From Octopus vulgaris (taxonomy: Eukaryota): 64,000 bases of DNA. Where the stretch lies: contig OX597818.1 in assembly GCA_951406725.2 (NCBI GenBank), positions 143,840,001-143,904,000 of the forward strand. The letters run 5' to 3'. Below the pieces are notes generated by a model. The model saw only the letters and a list, made by a program, of their open reading frames with translations. It made no database searches and was not told the origin of the DNA. Shown piece by piece: positions 13,551-27,234 of this stretch. Made by a program: the position numbers and the translations under genes. How positions within the stretch are numbered: position 1 is the first letter of the stretch; each line of letters begins with the position of its first letter.

Positions 13551-13812
13551 CATACATACATACACACATGCATACATACATACACACACACACACATACA
13601 TACATACATGCATACATACATACATACATACATACATACAAAACATACATACATACATACATGCATACATATATACATACATACATACATACATACATAC
13701 ATACATACATACATACATACTCAATACATACATACATACATACACGCATACATACATACATACATACATACACGCATACATACATACATACATACATATA
13801 TACATACATACA

Positions 13813-13846
<34 letters not shown>

Positions 13847-13928
13847 CATACACACATACATACATACATACATACATACACGCATACATACATACATACA
13901 TACATACATACACACATACATACATACA

Positions 13929-13964
<36 letters not shown>

Positions 13965-13990
13965 TACATACATACATACACACATACATA
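13483..13990. repeat. (TACA)n microsatellite array
   Basis: Seen directly. Confidence 0.95.
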
Positions 13991-14544
13991 CTCATCTATC
14001 CGTAAGATAATAGAAAGGAGGGGGAAAGGGGGAAGGGATAAGAGAAAACAAAAATAAGCAAAGAAAAAGGAGACAAGAAGAAACTAGAAAGGGGGGAAGA
14101 GAAGAGAAAGGTTTTGTGGACGAGCGAGTGTTGTATAAGACCCACCCACCCACCCCTCCTCCTCCCGTACTACGTTATTGCTCAGTCGAAAAACTAATAA
14201 ATAAAATAAGAAAAAAAAGGAAAAGGAGAAGGACCCGCCCATACCTTCCTCCTACTCGCGCGCGGCAAGCACGCGACCAGATGAATGGCAAGTTCGTGTG
14301 GATTCTGCGCGGGAGTAGAAGAAGACGGCTTCTTTTTTTTTTTTCTCTCTCTCTCTCTCTCTTCACTCCCACCCCCGAAGCAACCCTCTTTCAGAACAGC
14401 TGCTTGTCCTTCCATTCGCCTGCCTGCCTGCCTGACTGCCTGCCTGCTTTGCCTGCCTTTTGCTCGCTTTACCAGCTTCTTTTCTTACTGCCAGTTGTTA
14501 TCATCATCAGCAACATCAACGTCATCACCAACCCGTCCACCATC

Positions 14545-14820
14545 TCCTTCTTTTTCTCCTTCTTCTTCTCCTTCTTTTTCTCCTTCTTCTTCTCCTTCTT
14601 CTTCTTCTTCTTCTCCTTCTTCTTCTCCTTCTTCTTTTTCTTCTTCTTCTTCTTCTCCTTCTCCTTCTTCTCCTTCTTCTCCTTCTTCTCCTTCTTCTTC
14701 TTCTTCTTCTTCTTCTTCTTCTTCTTCTTCTTCTTCTTCTTCTTCTTCTTCTTCTTCTTCTTCTTCTTCTTCTTCTTCTTCTTCTTCTTCTTCTTCTTCT
14801 TCTTCTTCTTCTTCTCCTTC
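14545..14820. repeat. (TTC)n microsatellite
   Basis: Seen directly. Confidence 0.95.
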
Positions 14821-15681
14821 TATTTATCTCTCTTCCTCTTTTCATTCTTTCATTTAGTCTTACTTTCCGTTTCCACCCAACAATCTTCTCTCTTTTCCCC
14901 TCTTTCTTTCTATCTTCAAATAAGTCCCAGAATATAAACTTTTTTTTTTTTAGCAGTGAGATGGGTAGGAAGTACAATTAATAGTGTTAGCTGTTGCTAG
15001 TTGGTTGGTCGCTCGCTTGCTTACTTGCCTTCTTGCTTAGCCCCAAGCTAACTCTGACCCAAGCGATCCCAAATCAAAAGCTTTCCAGCCATAACCAACC
15101 CTGTTGGCGATAATGGCATTGTAGTCGTTGTTGTTTAGACCCCAGTCAACTCTGATATTCCAACCGTGACCATTCTGCCAATTAAGGTGTCTGAAAAACT
15201 ACATTGTTCAATGTGTCCATTCTTTTCCCAAAATGACAGGATGTCATTTAAGAGGGAACTGGCTATTATTTCTAGTAAATCGAACGATTTAACAGATGTT
15301 GTCCCTGCCGTTGATAATGATTCTGGTGTTAGTGATTTTAACGAGGCTACGAGTGATAAATAATATTAACACTGTTATTCATTCTGTTGTTTATATTATT
15401 ATTTTTATCCTTATAAGCAGTATCGTTAAAGTCGGAAAGGATATCATGCGGTTTTTCTTCCGGTTCCTTACATCTTGGGTTCAAATACCACCGAGGTCTA
15501 TTTTGCCTTTCAGACCTTCAGGGATTGATAAAATAAAATGAGGTTGATGCGATCGTCTGGTTCCCTTTCCTCCCCCCCCCCCAAAAAAAAAACCGGCTGT
15601 CCTTACACCAAAATTAGAAAGAATTATTATAGTTATCTTGCTTGTTATTAATGATGATTGTGTTGTTGATGCTGTTGCTAA

Positions 15682-15890
15682 GGCGGTGAGCTGGTAGAAT
15701 CGTTAGCCCATTGGCCAAAATGCTCAGCGAAATTTCACCAAAGTTCAAATTCCGCCGAGGTCAACTTTGCCTTTCATCATTTCGGAGTCATTAAAATAAG
15801 TATCAGTTGAGTATTGGGGGGGGGGGATCAATGTAACCGACTAACCCACTACCGCGAAATTGCTGGCCTTGTACCAAAATTTGAAATTAT
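15682..15890 (+). mobile_element. tRNA-derived SINE, family A (MESC/Meta-like central domain)
   Basis: Head GGCGGTGAGCTGGTAGAATCGTTAG, B-box GTTCAAATTCC and core GCCTTTCATCaTTTCGGaGTC. Related copies lie at 15420-15560, 16553-16750, 20589-20760, 38690-38885(-), 39715-39880(-), 49054-49468(-) and 52367-52587. Confidence 0.85.
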
Positions 15891-15904
15891 CATTATGTTT
15901 GTTG

Positions 15905-15984
<80 letters not shown>

Positions 15985-16533
15985 GAGTGAGAGAGCAGTT
16001 CATGCCATCAAAGTGACACTGGGGTAAAATATACGAAGCCCAATATACCCATCATGACTACCCGTCTGATAAGGGTACACCAGGCACATGCATCAAAACC
16101 ATATGTGCGCGACATGGTGATCTCATATCAAGATAAACAGCACATGACCTTGCAGGTGGGGCCCAGTTAGAATTTTCTTCAGGTTGAGTAGCCCATCCCG
16201 CTCAAACGGTCCCTGAATAAGGGTTGTTTAAGGATGTTGAAAGAACCACCCATGTTTCCAGAGGTGAACTATTCAAACCCCAAAGAATCCCTCTCAACAC
16301 ATGGCTATGATGCTCCCCCACTACTTCTGCTCGTGATCAGAGATGCACATATCGTCAGCCACTAAGGGACATGCTCAACTGGTTAAAGTCAAACAACTGA
16401 CAAGCAAATCTGTGGTATTGAGCAGAATATTTGCTGTAGCCCATCTTCTATACCAAGACAAAACAATGTACATGATAACACTTCCAATCAGTTAAGATCA
16501 GAAGCCATGAGAGCCACTGCCTGGTACTGCATC
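15985..16533 (-). mobile_element. About 550-bp non-autonomous retroposon embedded in a (TAA)n tract
   Basis: Highly similar second copy at 20135-20587. Flanked by (ATT)n on both sides (15908-15984, 16534-16549). No convincing ORF. Confidence 0.8.
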
Positions 16534-16552
16534 TATTATTATTATTATTAAG

Positions 16553-16750
16553 AAGGCAACGAGCTGGTTAGCACACCGGGCAAAATGATTTGCGTTATTT
16601 TGTTTGTCTTTACGTTCTGAGTTCAAATGCCGCCGAGGTGAACTTTGCCTTTCATATTTCGGGGTTGGCAAAATAAATACCAGCTGAGAGCACTGGGGTC
16701 GATGTAATCGACTGACCGGAATTGCTGGCCTTGTGCTAAAATTTGGAACC
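16553..16750 (+). mobile_element. tRNA-derived SINE, family A
   Basis: gagctggttagcacaccggg...gttctgagttcaaatgccgccgaggtgaactttgcctttcat, same body as 15682-15890. Confidence 0.8.
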
Positions 16751-16834
16751 ATCATTGTTGTTGTTGTTGTTTTGTGTATGCACAACAGATTAAACCGTTG
16801 GAAAAAATTTCTCACATTGACTACAAAAACTGAC

Positions 16835-19800
16835 CTTAGATGACAAGACCCTTTCTAAGTACCTCAACTGTCCGTAAGAATGCTGTTTTCTGGAGCTGTC
16901 CTAAACTAGGTTTTATACCTATTTCCTCTATCCATCTCTTAAAATTTTTAGAGATAGTTACCGGTATACATTTTACCCGCACTTTTCGTAGCCTCTGTAT
17001 TCAATGGCTCGGTTCTGGAACTTGGCTATTTTCTTTATGCCTCTCATATTGAGTTTCTCATCATTTGGGACTGTAAAGTCAATTAACTGACATTTTCTAT
17101 TCTCTTTGTCTACTACAACTAAATTAGGCCTTCTAGCTTCTATTACTCAATCAGTCTGAATTCTAAAATACCACATCTTATATTTTTTACTTACTAGCAC
17201 TTTACTTAGTTCATGCTCATACTATACTTATCCTAGCTTTACAGTGGAATATTTTCCCTAGGTTGTCATGTCTTTTCTTGTATTCTTTATGTGCCAGCAT
17301 GTTATATTCACTTACTATATGTGTAACACACTCCTCTTTTGACTTACATAACTTACATTGGGAATCTATTTGTTTTTGTCTATTTTGGCTTTTATCCAAT
17401 TAGTCCTTAATGCTTGATCTTGTGCTGTTACTAACAAACTTTCTATCTCCCTTTTCAGCCTTCCTTTCAACGACCATAACCATGTTTCACTATTACTATT
17501 TCCTGCAGCTATCTTTGGGAATCTACTATGCAAAGCTTTCTCTTACCAGTCAGATAATCTTTCTTCCTTTTCTGATTTTTAACTTCGAGCAGCTCTTAAT
17601 AAACTTTCTACACTCGTACGTATATAGGAGTCTATATCTGCTCTAGCTAAACTCCACGCAGTCTTCTACGGTTGTTAACCCTCTACCACTTTCCTTTCTA
17701 AGTAAGTACAATCTTGCTACTCCTGCTCTTGGGTAAAGTCCTCCATTCATATTGAATTCCTTCCTAGATTTTCTGTTCAGATTTGCTTATTCAGATTTCG
17801 TCCAATCTACGAAAGCTGCTGAATATTTAAGTAATGATATTGCCCAGGTAATTACAGCCTTCAATAGATTCGGACCATTTAGCTTTCGCTTTCATTTCTA
17901 TAGTTAGTACTCTATCAGATTCTAATACTCCTAGATAACTCTTTCTTTCTATCAGCGATTTTAATGCCTGACCGTCTGGTAATTAGATGCCTTCACTGCT
18001 GACCACCAGTTCCTTTTTTATGATCAATATTGCACACTTATCTATGCCAAATTTCATACCTATATCTTTGCTGAAGAGTCTTAATAAAGAATTTATCTTT
18101 TTTTTTTTTTTTACTAAAATGCTTCAGATCATCCATGTAGAGCAAATGGTTAATTTTCCCCTTACTATATCTAAACTGATACTCTGCCTTTGCCTTTCTT
18201 AATACCAAACTGAGGAGGATTAAGCATAATACAAATATTAAAGGGGATAACTATCTCACAGGAAAATTCCTCTCTTGATATTAACTTTCTCTAAGGTTAT
18301 GTCACTTGAGTTGAGAGCCACTTCCCATTCCTTCATGCTTTGGCTAATTAACTCTCTGCAATACTGAATGGACTCAAATATCCATTTATCCATGAGTGGA
18401 ATCATTTCATAGACTTTCTTATAATGCATCCATGCTATTGTTAAATTTTTCTTTCTACTTTTAGAATAGCTTTGTCTACGTACAATAGATCATGAATTCC
18501 TCAAGCAAATTTTCTGTTCTGTCAGTAGATTCTAGCTTGTTTTGGGTGCTCGCAAACGCTTTCTGAGACCATTCCTATTAACAGCTTCCACGCTAATGGC
18601 AAGCAAGTGGTTGGTCTATAATTACCAGCTATATTACTCTTATGTCTTTCATAAGGAGTACTCTTCTCCCTCTAGTCATCCAATCAGGCAATCCTGAAGT
18701 TGTTCCCTCAGTCTCCCATGTAAACTTCTCTAACCAGAACCCTTGAATTAAATCTGATCCTGGGCCCTTCCAATTCGGCATTTTTCCTAACATTTTTCTC
18801 ATTAATGCGCTAATTATTTTTAGATCTGATTGCTTCTCACTAACTACGTCTTCCCTCACTTTCTCTAACCATGCTGCATCTCCATTATGATTGACTGGCT
18901 TATCCCAAATATTACTCCGGAACTTTCTAGCTGCTTCTGAATTAGGTTTCGCATCTTCAGTACTTTCTCCTCACTATTTATTTGGATGTAAAATCTCCTC
19001 TGGTCTGCTTCAAAGAAACTGATCTATTATTTTCTGATATCTGGAAAGCTTACTTGCAATTGCTATGATACAGTATCAACTTTTCTAAAATCCTTTCTTT
19101 TTGACTAAGAATTTTTTTCTGAAGGGAAGATTTAAATCTTGTGTTTCCCAACTTGTTCAGTTTCCAGGCTTCTATTCTACTCAGATCTTGTCTTAAAGTC
19201 ATCATTTTATTCTCTAATCTCTTCCATATTATTTCTTCCTAATCTTTTCTTGGAAAATACCTAATCTTCCAGTAACTACTACTCCTACTGCATAGATCAA
19301 TAAGTTAGTGAAACCTATATTTTTAGTATCTATCCTGCTAACAGAATCTTCCCTGGTCATATCTAGTAGCTTCCTACTATTGACACCTTTTAACGCTGGT
19401 AATCTTTTTCTTTCTTCTTTACCCATTGCTTCTTACTACTCAACTAAAATCTGATTTTCCTCACTTAAGTCGTTTAAGTCGCTGATGCCAGTTGTCCTTT
19501 TCTGATTGGTAATACTATTATTACTTTTTCTTTTTCCTTTAGGTTCTTCTTTGGTTTGAACTATATCTCTGTTGTTGTTTGGCTTTTATACAGCCTTGTC
19601 TTTCTTTTCCAGTTCTCTTATGATCTCTTTCACCTCCAGTTCTGTCATCCACTTACTTCTCCTAATAGCATTAACCTGGTCTACTGCTCTCTGCTCACTC
19701 ACTTAAAGCATACTTTTCTTTACCCAAAGTGTTAGTATCTGTTTTCTTTACTCACTTTTAGGTTCACTTTCTAAGTAACACTGCATCGTTATCCAATTTT

Positions 19801-19990
19801 CTTTACTGATCCATTTCCTTCTCCTTACTCTATTATCTGCTGATGCTGTCTTAGAATAACAGCTGTGGCCATTCTGCATCTGTACTGAGCCACTGCCGAA
19901 CGAGAAGCCTTCCCTTAAAGGTCCAGCCTCATTTTCACTGTTACCCTCAGAGCTTCTGTGTAAACTCATGTCTCTCATAAACCGAGGCAA
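16835..19990 (-). mobile_element. Degenerate near-full-length R4/Dong-clade (REL endonuclease) non-LTR retrotransposon
   Basis: Collinear fragments: RRKWISKENWITMQCYLESEP (N-terminus); MPNWKGPGSDLIQGFWL..LPDWMTRGR (RT); CKLCKSKEECVTHIVS..KKRHDNLGK (zinc knuckle + RHD); EARRPNLVVVDKE..LIDFTVP (degenerate REL motif); terminal LQKTAFLRTVEVLRK. Many stops and frameshifts. Confidence 0.85.
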
Positions 19991-20020
19991 GGTAATATTC
20001 GTCACCACCATCATCTCCAC

Positions 20021-20103
<83 letters not shown>

Positions 20104-20134
20104 GTTATTAATTATGATTATTATTATCATTATC

Positions 20135-20587
20135 GTGTGAGAGAGCAGTGCATGCCATTAAAGTGACACTTGGGTAAAATATACGAAGCCCAGTATACCC
20201 ATTATGACTACCCGTCTGATAAGGGTACACCAGGCACATGCATCACAATCATATGTGCGCGACATGGTGATCTCATATCAAGATTAACAGCGCATGACCT
20301 TGCAAGTGGGGCCCACTTAGAATTTTCTTCATGTCGAGTAGTCCAATCCTGCTCCCCTGAATAAGGGTTGTTTAAGGTTGTTGAACGAAACACCTATGTT
20401 TCCAAAGGTGAATTACACAAACCCACAAGAATTCATCTCAATACATGGCTATGATGCTCACCCACTACTTCTACTCGTGATCAGAGATGCACATATCGTC
20501 AGCTACTAAGGGACATGTTCAACTGTTTAAGGTCAAACAACTGACAAGTAAATTTGTGGTATTGAGCAGAATATTTGCTGTAGCCCA
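20135..20587 (-). mobile_element. Second, truncated copy of the 550-bp (TAA)n-associated retroposon
   Basis: Aligns to 15985-16443. (ATT)n on the left; the right end abuts a family-A SINE head. Confidence 0.8.
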
Positions 20588-21104
20588 AGTGGCGAGCTGG
20601 TAGAGTCATTAGCACGCCGAGAAAAATACCGCCGAGGTCGACTTTGTCCTTCATCCATTCGAGATCGATGAAATGAGTACCAGTTGAGTACAGAGGTCGA
20701 TGTTATCGGCTAGTTCCGCCCTCAAAATTTCAAGCTTTGCACCTACGGTAGAAAAAATTATTGTTACCATTATTTTCGATTTAGCCTTTCTTCCTTTCAA
20801 AAGACCACAATGCCAGTACCAGTCAGATGTAGACGATCAATGAAATCGACGATCATCCTTCCATATAAACATTACCATCCCTAAACCGTTATAAGAAATA
20901 AATATCAATATTTTCATTTGTCGTGTTCGAGCAACTTCCTCCTTGAAAGGAATCTAAGTTTAACGCCTGAATATACGATGATAAACTTATATACAGGGTC
21001 CTGTCTATCTATGCATATACCTATATATATATGAGCGCATGTAATATAATTTACATTATCGTGTGTGCATGCATATGTTTTGTACGTGTGTGTGTGTGTG
21101 TGCA

Positions 21105-21257
21105 GGCGCAAGCATGGCTTCGTAGTTAAGAAATTCGGTTTGCGACTATGTGGTTTCTGGTTCAGGCCCACGGCGCTGTACTTTGGGCAAGTCTCTTCGG
21201 TTGATGAATGCCTTATGAGTGAATTTGGTAGACAGAAATTATGCTGAAGCCTGTCGT
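21105..21257 (+). mobile_element. Partial tRNA-derived SINE, family B
   Basis: ggcgcaagcatggcttcgtagttaag...ctttgggcaagtc...atttggtagacagaaa, similar to 33681-34078. Confidence 0.65.
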
Positions 21258-21267
21258 GTGTGTGTGT

Positions 21268-21308
<41 letters not shown>

Positions 21309-21464
21309 TGTGTTTGTGTATGTGCATGTGTGTGTTGTATATACATATATGTATGCATACACACACACTCACACACACACACACACATAGTGTGAAGTTA
21401 AAATATGTGTAAAACATAATTTTGCCACGTAGTGTATACTGATTCCCAGCATTTTGGCTCCTTT

Positions 21465-21522
<58 letters not shown>

Positions 21523-21639
21523 TCTATGGGGATTACTTAATACAGTTTTTGAAGTGTAAAGGTGTTTTTTTTTTGTTTTGTTTTTTAAATGTTATGAAAT
21601 CTTTTATGAGGATGTTACTAACCATTTTTGGGAAGAAAT

Positions 21640-23216
21640 TTTTTTTAATGTCTGAACGCTTTCGTTAATCCTTTTCAAACACATCTGGTCTTAAAGAGGA
21701 AGTTATTATTTTTGTGGTATCGGTAGAATTATTTCCGGTTTATTTTCGGACTTTTGGTTTTGATCATAAATATTGTTTTACCATTGTTTATATTATGGTG
21801 TGTTGGTTATTTTGGGTTTCATCTCGGATTTAGAATTCTTATAAAGTATTCTTCTTTTGCCTTTTGTAGTTGAACATTTTCATCGTTTATTTTATAGAAT
21901 GGGAATATTTTTAATTTTCCACCTGCACAGATATTTGGATGCTCACTGCGAGGGACATTCGTAAGAAATGAATCCCTAATTTGTTGTTTATGCACATTTT
22001 CACGGCTGCTCAGTTTCTTTCCTGTCTCTCCCATGTAGTTTTCATTGCATTGTGGGCATGTGATGCAGCAGATAAGGTTTTTGTTTTGTATTCGCTTTTA
22101 ATTTCTTCCCATTCTTGAGTCTTTTGGTTGTCCTTTGCTCAATTAATTCGCATGTCCCACAACAGGGGTCTCCACAGTTGATTACTGGCAGCGTTTCTTT
22201 TTTCAAATGTGAATCTCACCTTTGTTAGGTTTCTCTTGAGATTTGGTGGTTGTCTTCGACTGTTGATAATTTGCGATTTTTTAATTATTGTTGGAGATTT
22301 GGTGATTGGTGTAGAATTGGGATGCATCGTTTGGCTGAGTGCAGGATGTTGTGGTTCCTAGAACTGTGGGTGACTACAAATGAAATATTTGTATTTGTAT
22401 TTTTATTTTCACACCTAGCCTAAGTGTTTCTCCGTCAGGTACAGATCGGGGTTTCCTTTGCTTTTGTTATGGCATGTTGAATTAACTTGTTAGGATATTT
22501 TTATTACTGAAGGAATATATTGTTTTTCCAGTTTCCTATAAGGTAGGTTTGGAAGTGGTGATTAAAAGTAGTTCGGGATAGGGTGTATATTTTTTCTTCT
22601 AGGTATCCCATTACTAGTGTGGAAAATGTTGGTACGACTTTCGTCACTATTGCAGTGCCTTGTATTTGTAGATAATATTGATTATTAAAGAAGTAGTTGG
22701 TTTCCAGTACTATCTGTAAACCTTCAAGTATAAATTCTTTTGAGAATCTCTCCTGAATTCTTTGTGGGCGTTTGTTTATCCAGAATTCTACTGCTTCTAG
22801 CCCACATATATTGGGAGTATTTATGTAGAGACAAGTGACGTCAAAGCTAACTAGTACTATCTCTTTATCGACCCGTTCTGGGATATGGTTTAAGACGCCC
22901 ATGTCATCTCTGATGGAACTGGGAACTAATCTACATAAAGGTTTTAAAATTATGTCCAGCAAGTTACTTAATCTTTGGGTGTTTGATGCTGGCCCTGCAA
23001 CAATCAGACGCAATTTGAGATAGCTGATTTGAGAATCTTTATTATGAAGTATGGAGGTGTTTTAGGGTGTTGTTGATCTGTTTGGATTTATGCATTTTAG
23101 GAAGTCTATAAAAATGACTTCTTTTCACTTCAAAATTGGTGAGGTAACCCAACTCCTTTTTTATTAAGTCATCCTTGAATTTGTTGGTAAATTTGCCAGT
23201 TTTGCTCATAGTTCGT
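21640..23216 (-). mobile_element. Penelope-like element (PLE), 3' part: RT + GIY-YIG endonuclease, pseudogenised
   Basis: RT motifs FYRLPKMHKS, RLIVAGPAS..RLSNLLDIILKPL, LVSFDVTCLY and YLQIQGTAI. GIY-YIG-like segment CITCPQCNENYMGETGKKLSSR..H..KEEYFIRILNP. Confidence 0.85.
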
Positions 23217-23513
23217 TGTTGTGCGAGAGTACGGACCCCCCCCCCCCCCCTGGCGAGAATGGATTGGACCACTACATATAAATAGTAACAGTCTAAGTAA
23301 GTGACGAAGTTTATGCTAGTCCTTTTTATTGTTCGTTTCATCATTTTTTATCCCTGTTAGACGTGAGTCGCATTGTTAATTATTTGTTGAAGATCTCCCA
23401 TAAGGGAGAACCTAATTGTTGAACCTCATTGTTGAATTGTTGAATTGTTAGTTGCTTTTTATTATTATTTTTCTTTTTGGCTGTGATTTTTTGTTTGTTT
23501 TCTTCCCCCATTT

Positions 23514-24416
23514 ATGGGTGAAGTAAAAGAAAAAAGAAGACTGGAGTGCGAACCAGTTCCAGCCGGCAGCTATGCTTCAGCCACTTGAATAAGTTTAACT
23601 GCTGACGCACAAGAGGTTCGAGAAGTTAAAATTGAGCCAAAAGAGCTAAAGGAATACAACAGACTTATCGAGAAGGAAGGAATCAGTTTGAAGTTGACCC
23701 CGCCGGAAAATTTAACAGCTAACGTGACAAATCGGACAGTGGTATATAGAACGCTGTCCACGGCAACGAAAAGAATAGAAATAGCCACAGTAGATGCCAT
23801 AGAGGAGTGTTTAAAGGAGGTAAAAAGCCTCACAACGTTCTACACCAGATGGAGAAGATACAGCACAGTGGAGGTAAGGTTCGCTAGCAAACAAGAAGTG
23901 ATAAGCCACTTCACTATGGCGCTAAGGACACCAGAGTGGGTGCTTCTGCCGACTTACTGTGGCAAACGAGTGTGCAGGGTAAGGATTGGCAGAGTAGCCC
24001 CGGAGATTGAGGAGGCGAGGCTGGTGGTAGCCATCCTGTATAATATGGAGGAGGACGTGAAGGTGTTGAAAGTGACGAGGACGAAAGAGGTAAACTGAAG
24101 GGGATACAGCCTCGAAGTGGCCATCCAAGTCAGTTTACAAGATTTACACAAGATAGCGGAGGTGATACTGCCGGAAAACGTGAGATTGAGAGTAGTGTTG
24201 GCGGGAAGACCTCCAACCTGTTACCAGTGTGGAGTAAGGGGATACATGAGAGCAAGGTGTCCCCAGAAAGACGATAAAGGTGTAGAGGAACAGCAGCAGC
24301 AGCAGAGTACCGAGCGGGAGCAGAGTGCTGAAGTGACGGCCCCAGTAAGTGAGAAGTGTCCGGAGAAGGTGGAGGAGGAATATACGGTGGTAAATAAGCA
24401 AAAAAAGGAAGGATGA
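23514..24416 (+). pseudogene. L1/Tx1-type ORF1 remnant (RRM-like region + degenerate CCHC knuckle) inside the Gypsy element
   Basis: One frame from ATG 23514 through the 23688 and 24117 ORFs, with in-frame stops. Motif VLAGRPPTCYQCGVRGYMRARCP. Homologous to the minus-strand ORF1 at 29746-30400 (RTVVY/RTVIY; GRPPTCYQC/GRRLRCYLC). Confidence 0.7.
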
Positions 24417-27155
24417 CGTGGACTCACCGCCAAAGAGTCCGTTAAAGAAATGGAAGGAAAGTAAACAGGAAGAGACACGGCATGAGATTCCAACAACATC
24501 GACAAGGGAAGCCAACGAGGAAAATCAAAGTGGGACTACAGGATCAAGTAACTAAAAAAGAACCGAAAAATAAATGTTGACTTATACGAAAAGCACGAAG
24601 ATTGAAAAGAAAATAACGAAAATGAAGTCGATAATAGCAGGGAAGCTAACAGCAGAATCCTATCCAGAGAGTACCAAGGCAATTGTACATGACAAGGGGA
24701 GACAATAGAAACCGTAAATGAAGAGTTGGACAGACTCAAAAAGAGTGGAGACATCCAAAAGGGGGATTACTCGAAGTGGGTGACACCCATGGTATGTAGT
24801 AAAAAAAATAACAAGATTAGACTGTATACCGATTTCTCTACAGGATTAGGCGACTGCTTAAAAACATACCACCATCCACTCGACTGCAGAAGACATTTTT
24901 TCAAAGTTAGATGGTGGAAATTTTTTTTCCAAATTAGATCTGTCCGAAGCCAAAAGTACGTAAATGAAAAATGCTCAAAGTATTTGACAATAATACATAC
25001 AGAGGATTGTACAGATATACACGATTACCTTTTAGATTAAAACTGGCACCAGCAGTATTCCAGAAAATCATGGATGCTATGTTATCTGATTGTGAATTTG
25101 CAATCCCGTACTTGGACGATATTTTGATTAAGAGTAATTCTAGTGAACAGCACGTGGAACGCATAAAAGCTGTGTTTAAGAAAATTGAAGTTTTCGGGTT
25201 CGCTTTGAATCAAGAAAAATGCGAATTCTTTCTACCCTAAATTAAGTAGTTAGGGAAAATAATTGATGAAAGTGGTAGACGTCCTGACTCGACGAGGGCA
25301 GACGCAATAAGGAATATGCCGAGAAATATTCCAACTTTACGAGCATTTCTTGGGTTGGAAAACTAATATCAAAGCTGCATTCCGAATATGTACGTTGAAC
25401 GACTTATTAAAAAAAGGAGTGGAATTGGTCCACTAAATGCCAGAACACTTTTGAAGAAATAAAAAAAATTCTAATCTTAGACCTGTCGTTAGTACATTAC
25501 GATCCTGAAATGGACATCATTGTAGCGTCTGATGCTTTCGAGCATGGGTTAGATGCAGTTCTACTTCATATATACGAAGACGGAAGTACAAAACCAGTGG
25601 TTCATGTTACACGCTCGCCAATAACGGCAGAGAAGAGATATAATCAAATTGAAAAGGAGGCCTAGCAGTTATTTTTGTAGTTATAAAATTTCACAGGTTT
25701 CTGCATGGCAGAAGTTTTTTTATTTCAAACAGACCATAGACTTTTGCTGACGATTTATATGTCTAAAAAAGGGTTTCCGACTCATACTGCGAACCTTCTG
25801 CAAAGCTGGGGTGTAATATTACTAAATGATAATTTCAAAATGCAATACATTCCATCACAAAAAATCAGTCACGTGGACTACCTATCGAGATTAATTCCAA
25901 AAAATATGGAACCACCAGAAGAGACCTGTTACCGAAGAGACCTGTTGTAGCCGCACTGCAGGCAGAAAGTGAAATTAAAAGTGTTATGACGAACGTTACC
26001 CAAGAACTACGAGTGACGGCATAGGGTATAAGAATGAAAACTGTAGGTGATGAGTGTATTATGAAAATAAAAACAGCTTTAAAAAATAAATAGAATAAAA
26101 ATTTAGATGCCAGAAGTTTTTCAATTTGCGACGATATCTAATGTATGCCCAAAGGCTGGTGGTTCCAACTACTTTACAAAAAGGTGTATTGCAACAATTT
26201 CACAGTGGGCATCCAGGTACGGCAAAGATGAAATCTCTGATGAGGAGTTATGTATATTAGCCATCTAGGGACCGAGATATCAAATGTGCCAAAGCCCGTT
26301 TATTTTATCAGTCGTGGCCAGAGACGGAAATCCCATGGTCTAGATTACACGTTCACTATGCCGGACCGGTAAACGGCGCTTACTACATATCGTAGTAGAT
26401 AGCTGTACTAAGTGGCCGGAAGTTTGCAGGTGCTATAGACCAACCTCTAAAACAACTATAAAGTTCTTATACGAATTGTTTGCGCTATGCAGTGTCCCTG
26501 ACTAGTTTCAGACAACGGAACGCAGTTCTCTGGGTATGAATTCAAGAACTTCTGTAACAGGCATGCGATAAGGCATATTTTCACTCCACCCTACCACCCG
26601 AGGCCAAGCGGGCAAATAGAAAGATTTGTGGACACCTTTAAGAGAGAGTTAAGAAAAGCGAGGAATGAATTAAGTAACGACGAAGCACTGACGAATTTCT
26701 TAATAATATACAGAGTGGACCCCAATCCAAGTACAAATTCAAGGAAGTCTCCCGCAGAATTGATGTTATCAGGAGTAAAATCCATTTTTGATAAGCTATT
26801 ACCAGAGAAAAATAAGATGTAAAGGAATGCGAAAGAACCAACGAAATACGTCGAAGTAGGTGATAAAGTGCATTTCAAAACCTATAGAAGCGGTAAAGAA
26901 GGCTGTGAAGATGGCCTCGTTACCAGAAAAGTTGAAAGTATGATACGTCTAATTAAAGGGTCACACGATGAACATATGAGACATATAAACCAACTAAGGA
27001 AGAGGCATTCCTAAGATCAGGAAGAAATTCCCATGGAAGTATTCTGTGAAATATTCGATGTACCAGTACCAAAAGTAATAGAGTCCCGTAGAACCAGCAT
27101 AAGGAAAAGAAAGCAGACCGAACTCCTTGAGATAATGCCCAAGCGAAAGAGATAC

Positions 27156-27188
<33 letters not shown>

Positions 27189-27234
27189 ATGAATTTCTTT
27201 ATTCCTTTGGAACACGAAATTTCAAAAGGAGAGA

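Noticed and set aside
1001-14981. Many long ORFs (MYVC/HTYI repeats, poly-S/T/V/F/R/L), also at 34711-37011 and 56306-58238
   Set aside because: They are translations of (TACA)n, (AGT)n, (TTC)n, (TA)n and (GATA)n microsatellites with no protein-like complexity.
15985-20587. LTR retrotransposon interpretation (direct repeats flanking an RT)
   Set aside because: There are no TG..CA ends, PBS or PPT; the internal RT is a non-LTR REL type; and the repeats have their own (TAA)n tails.
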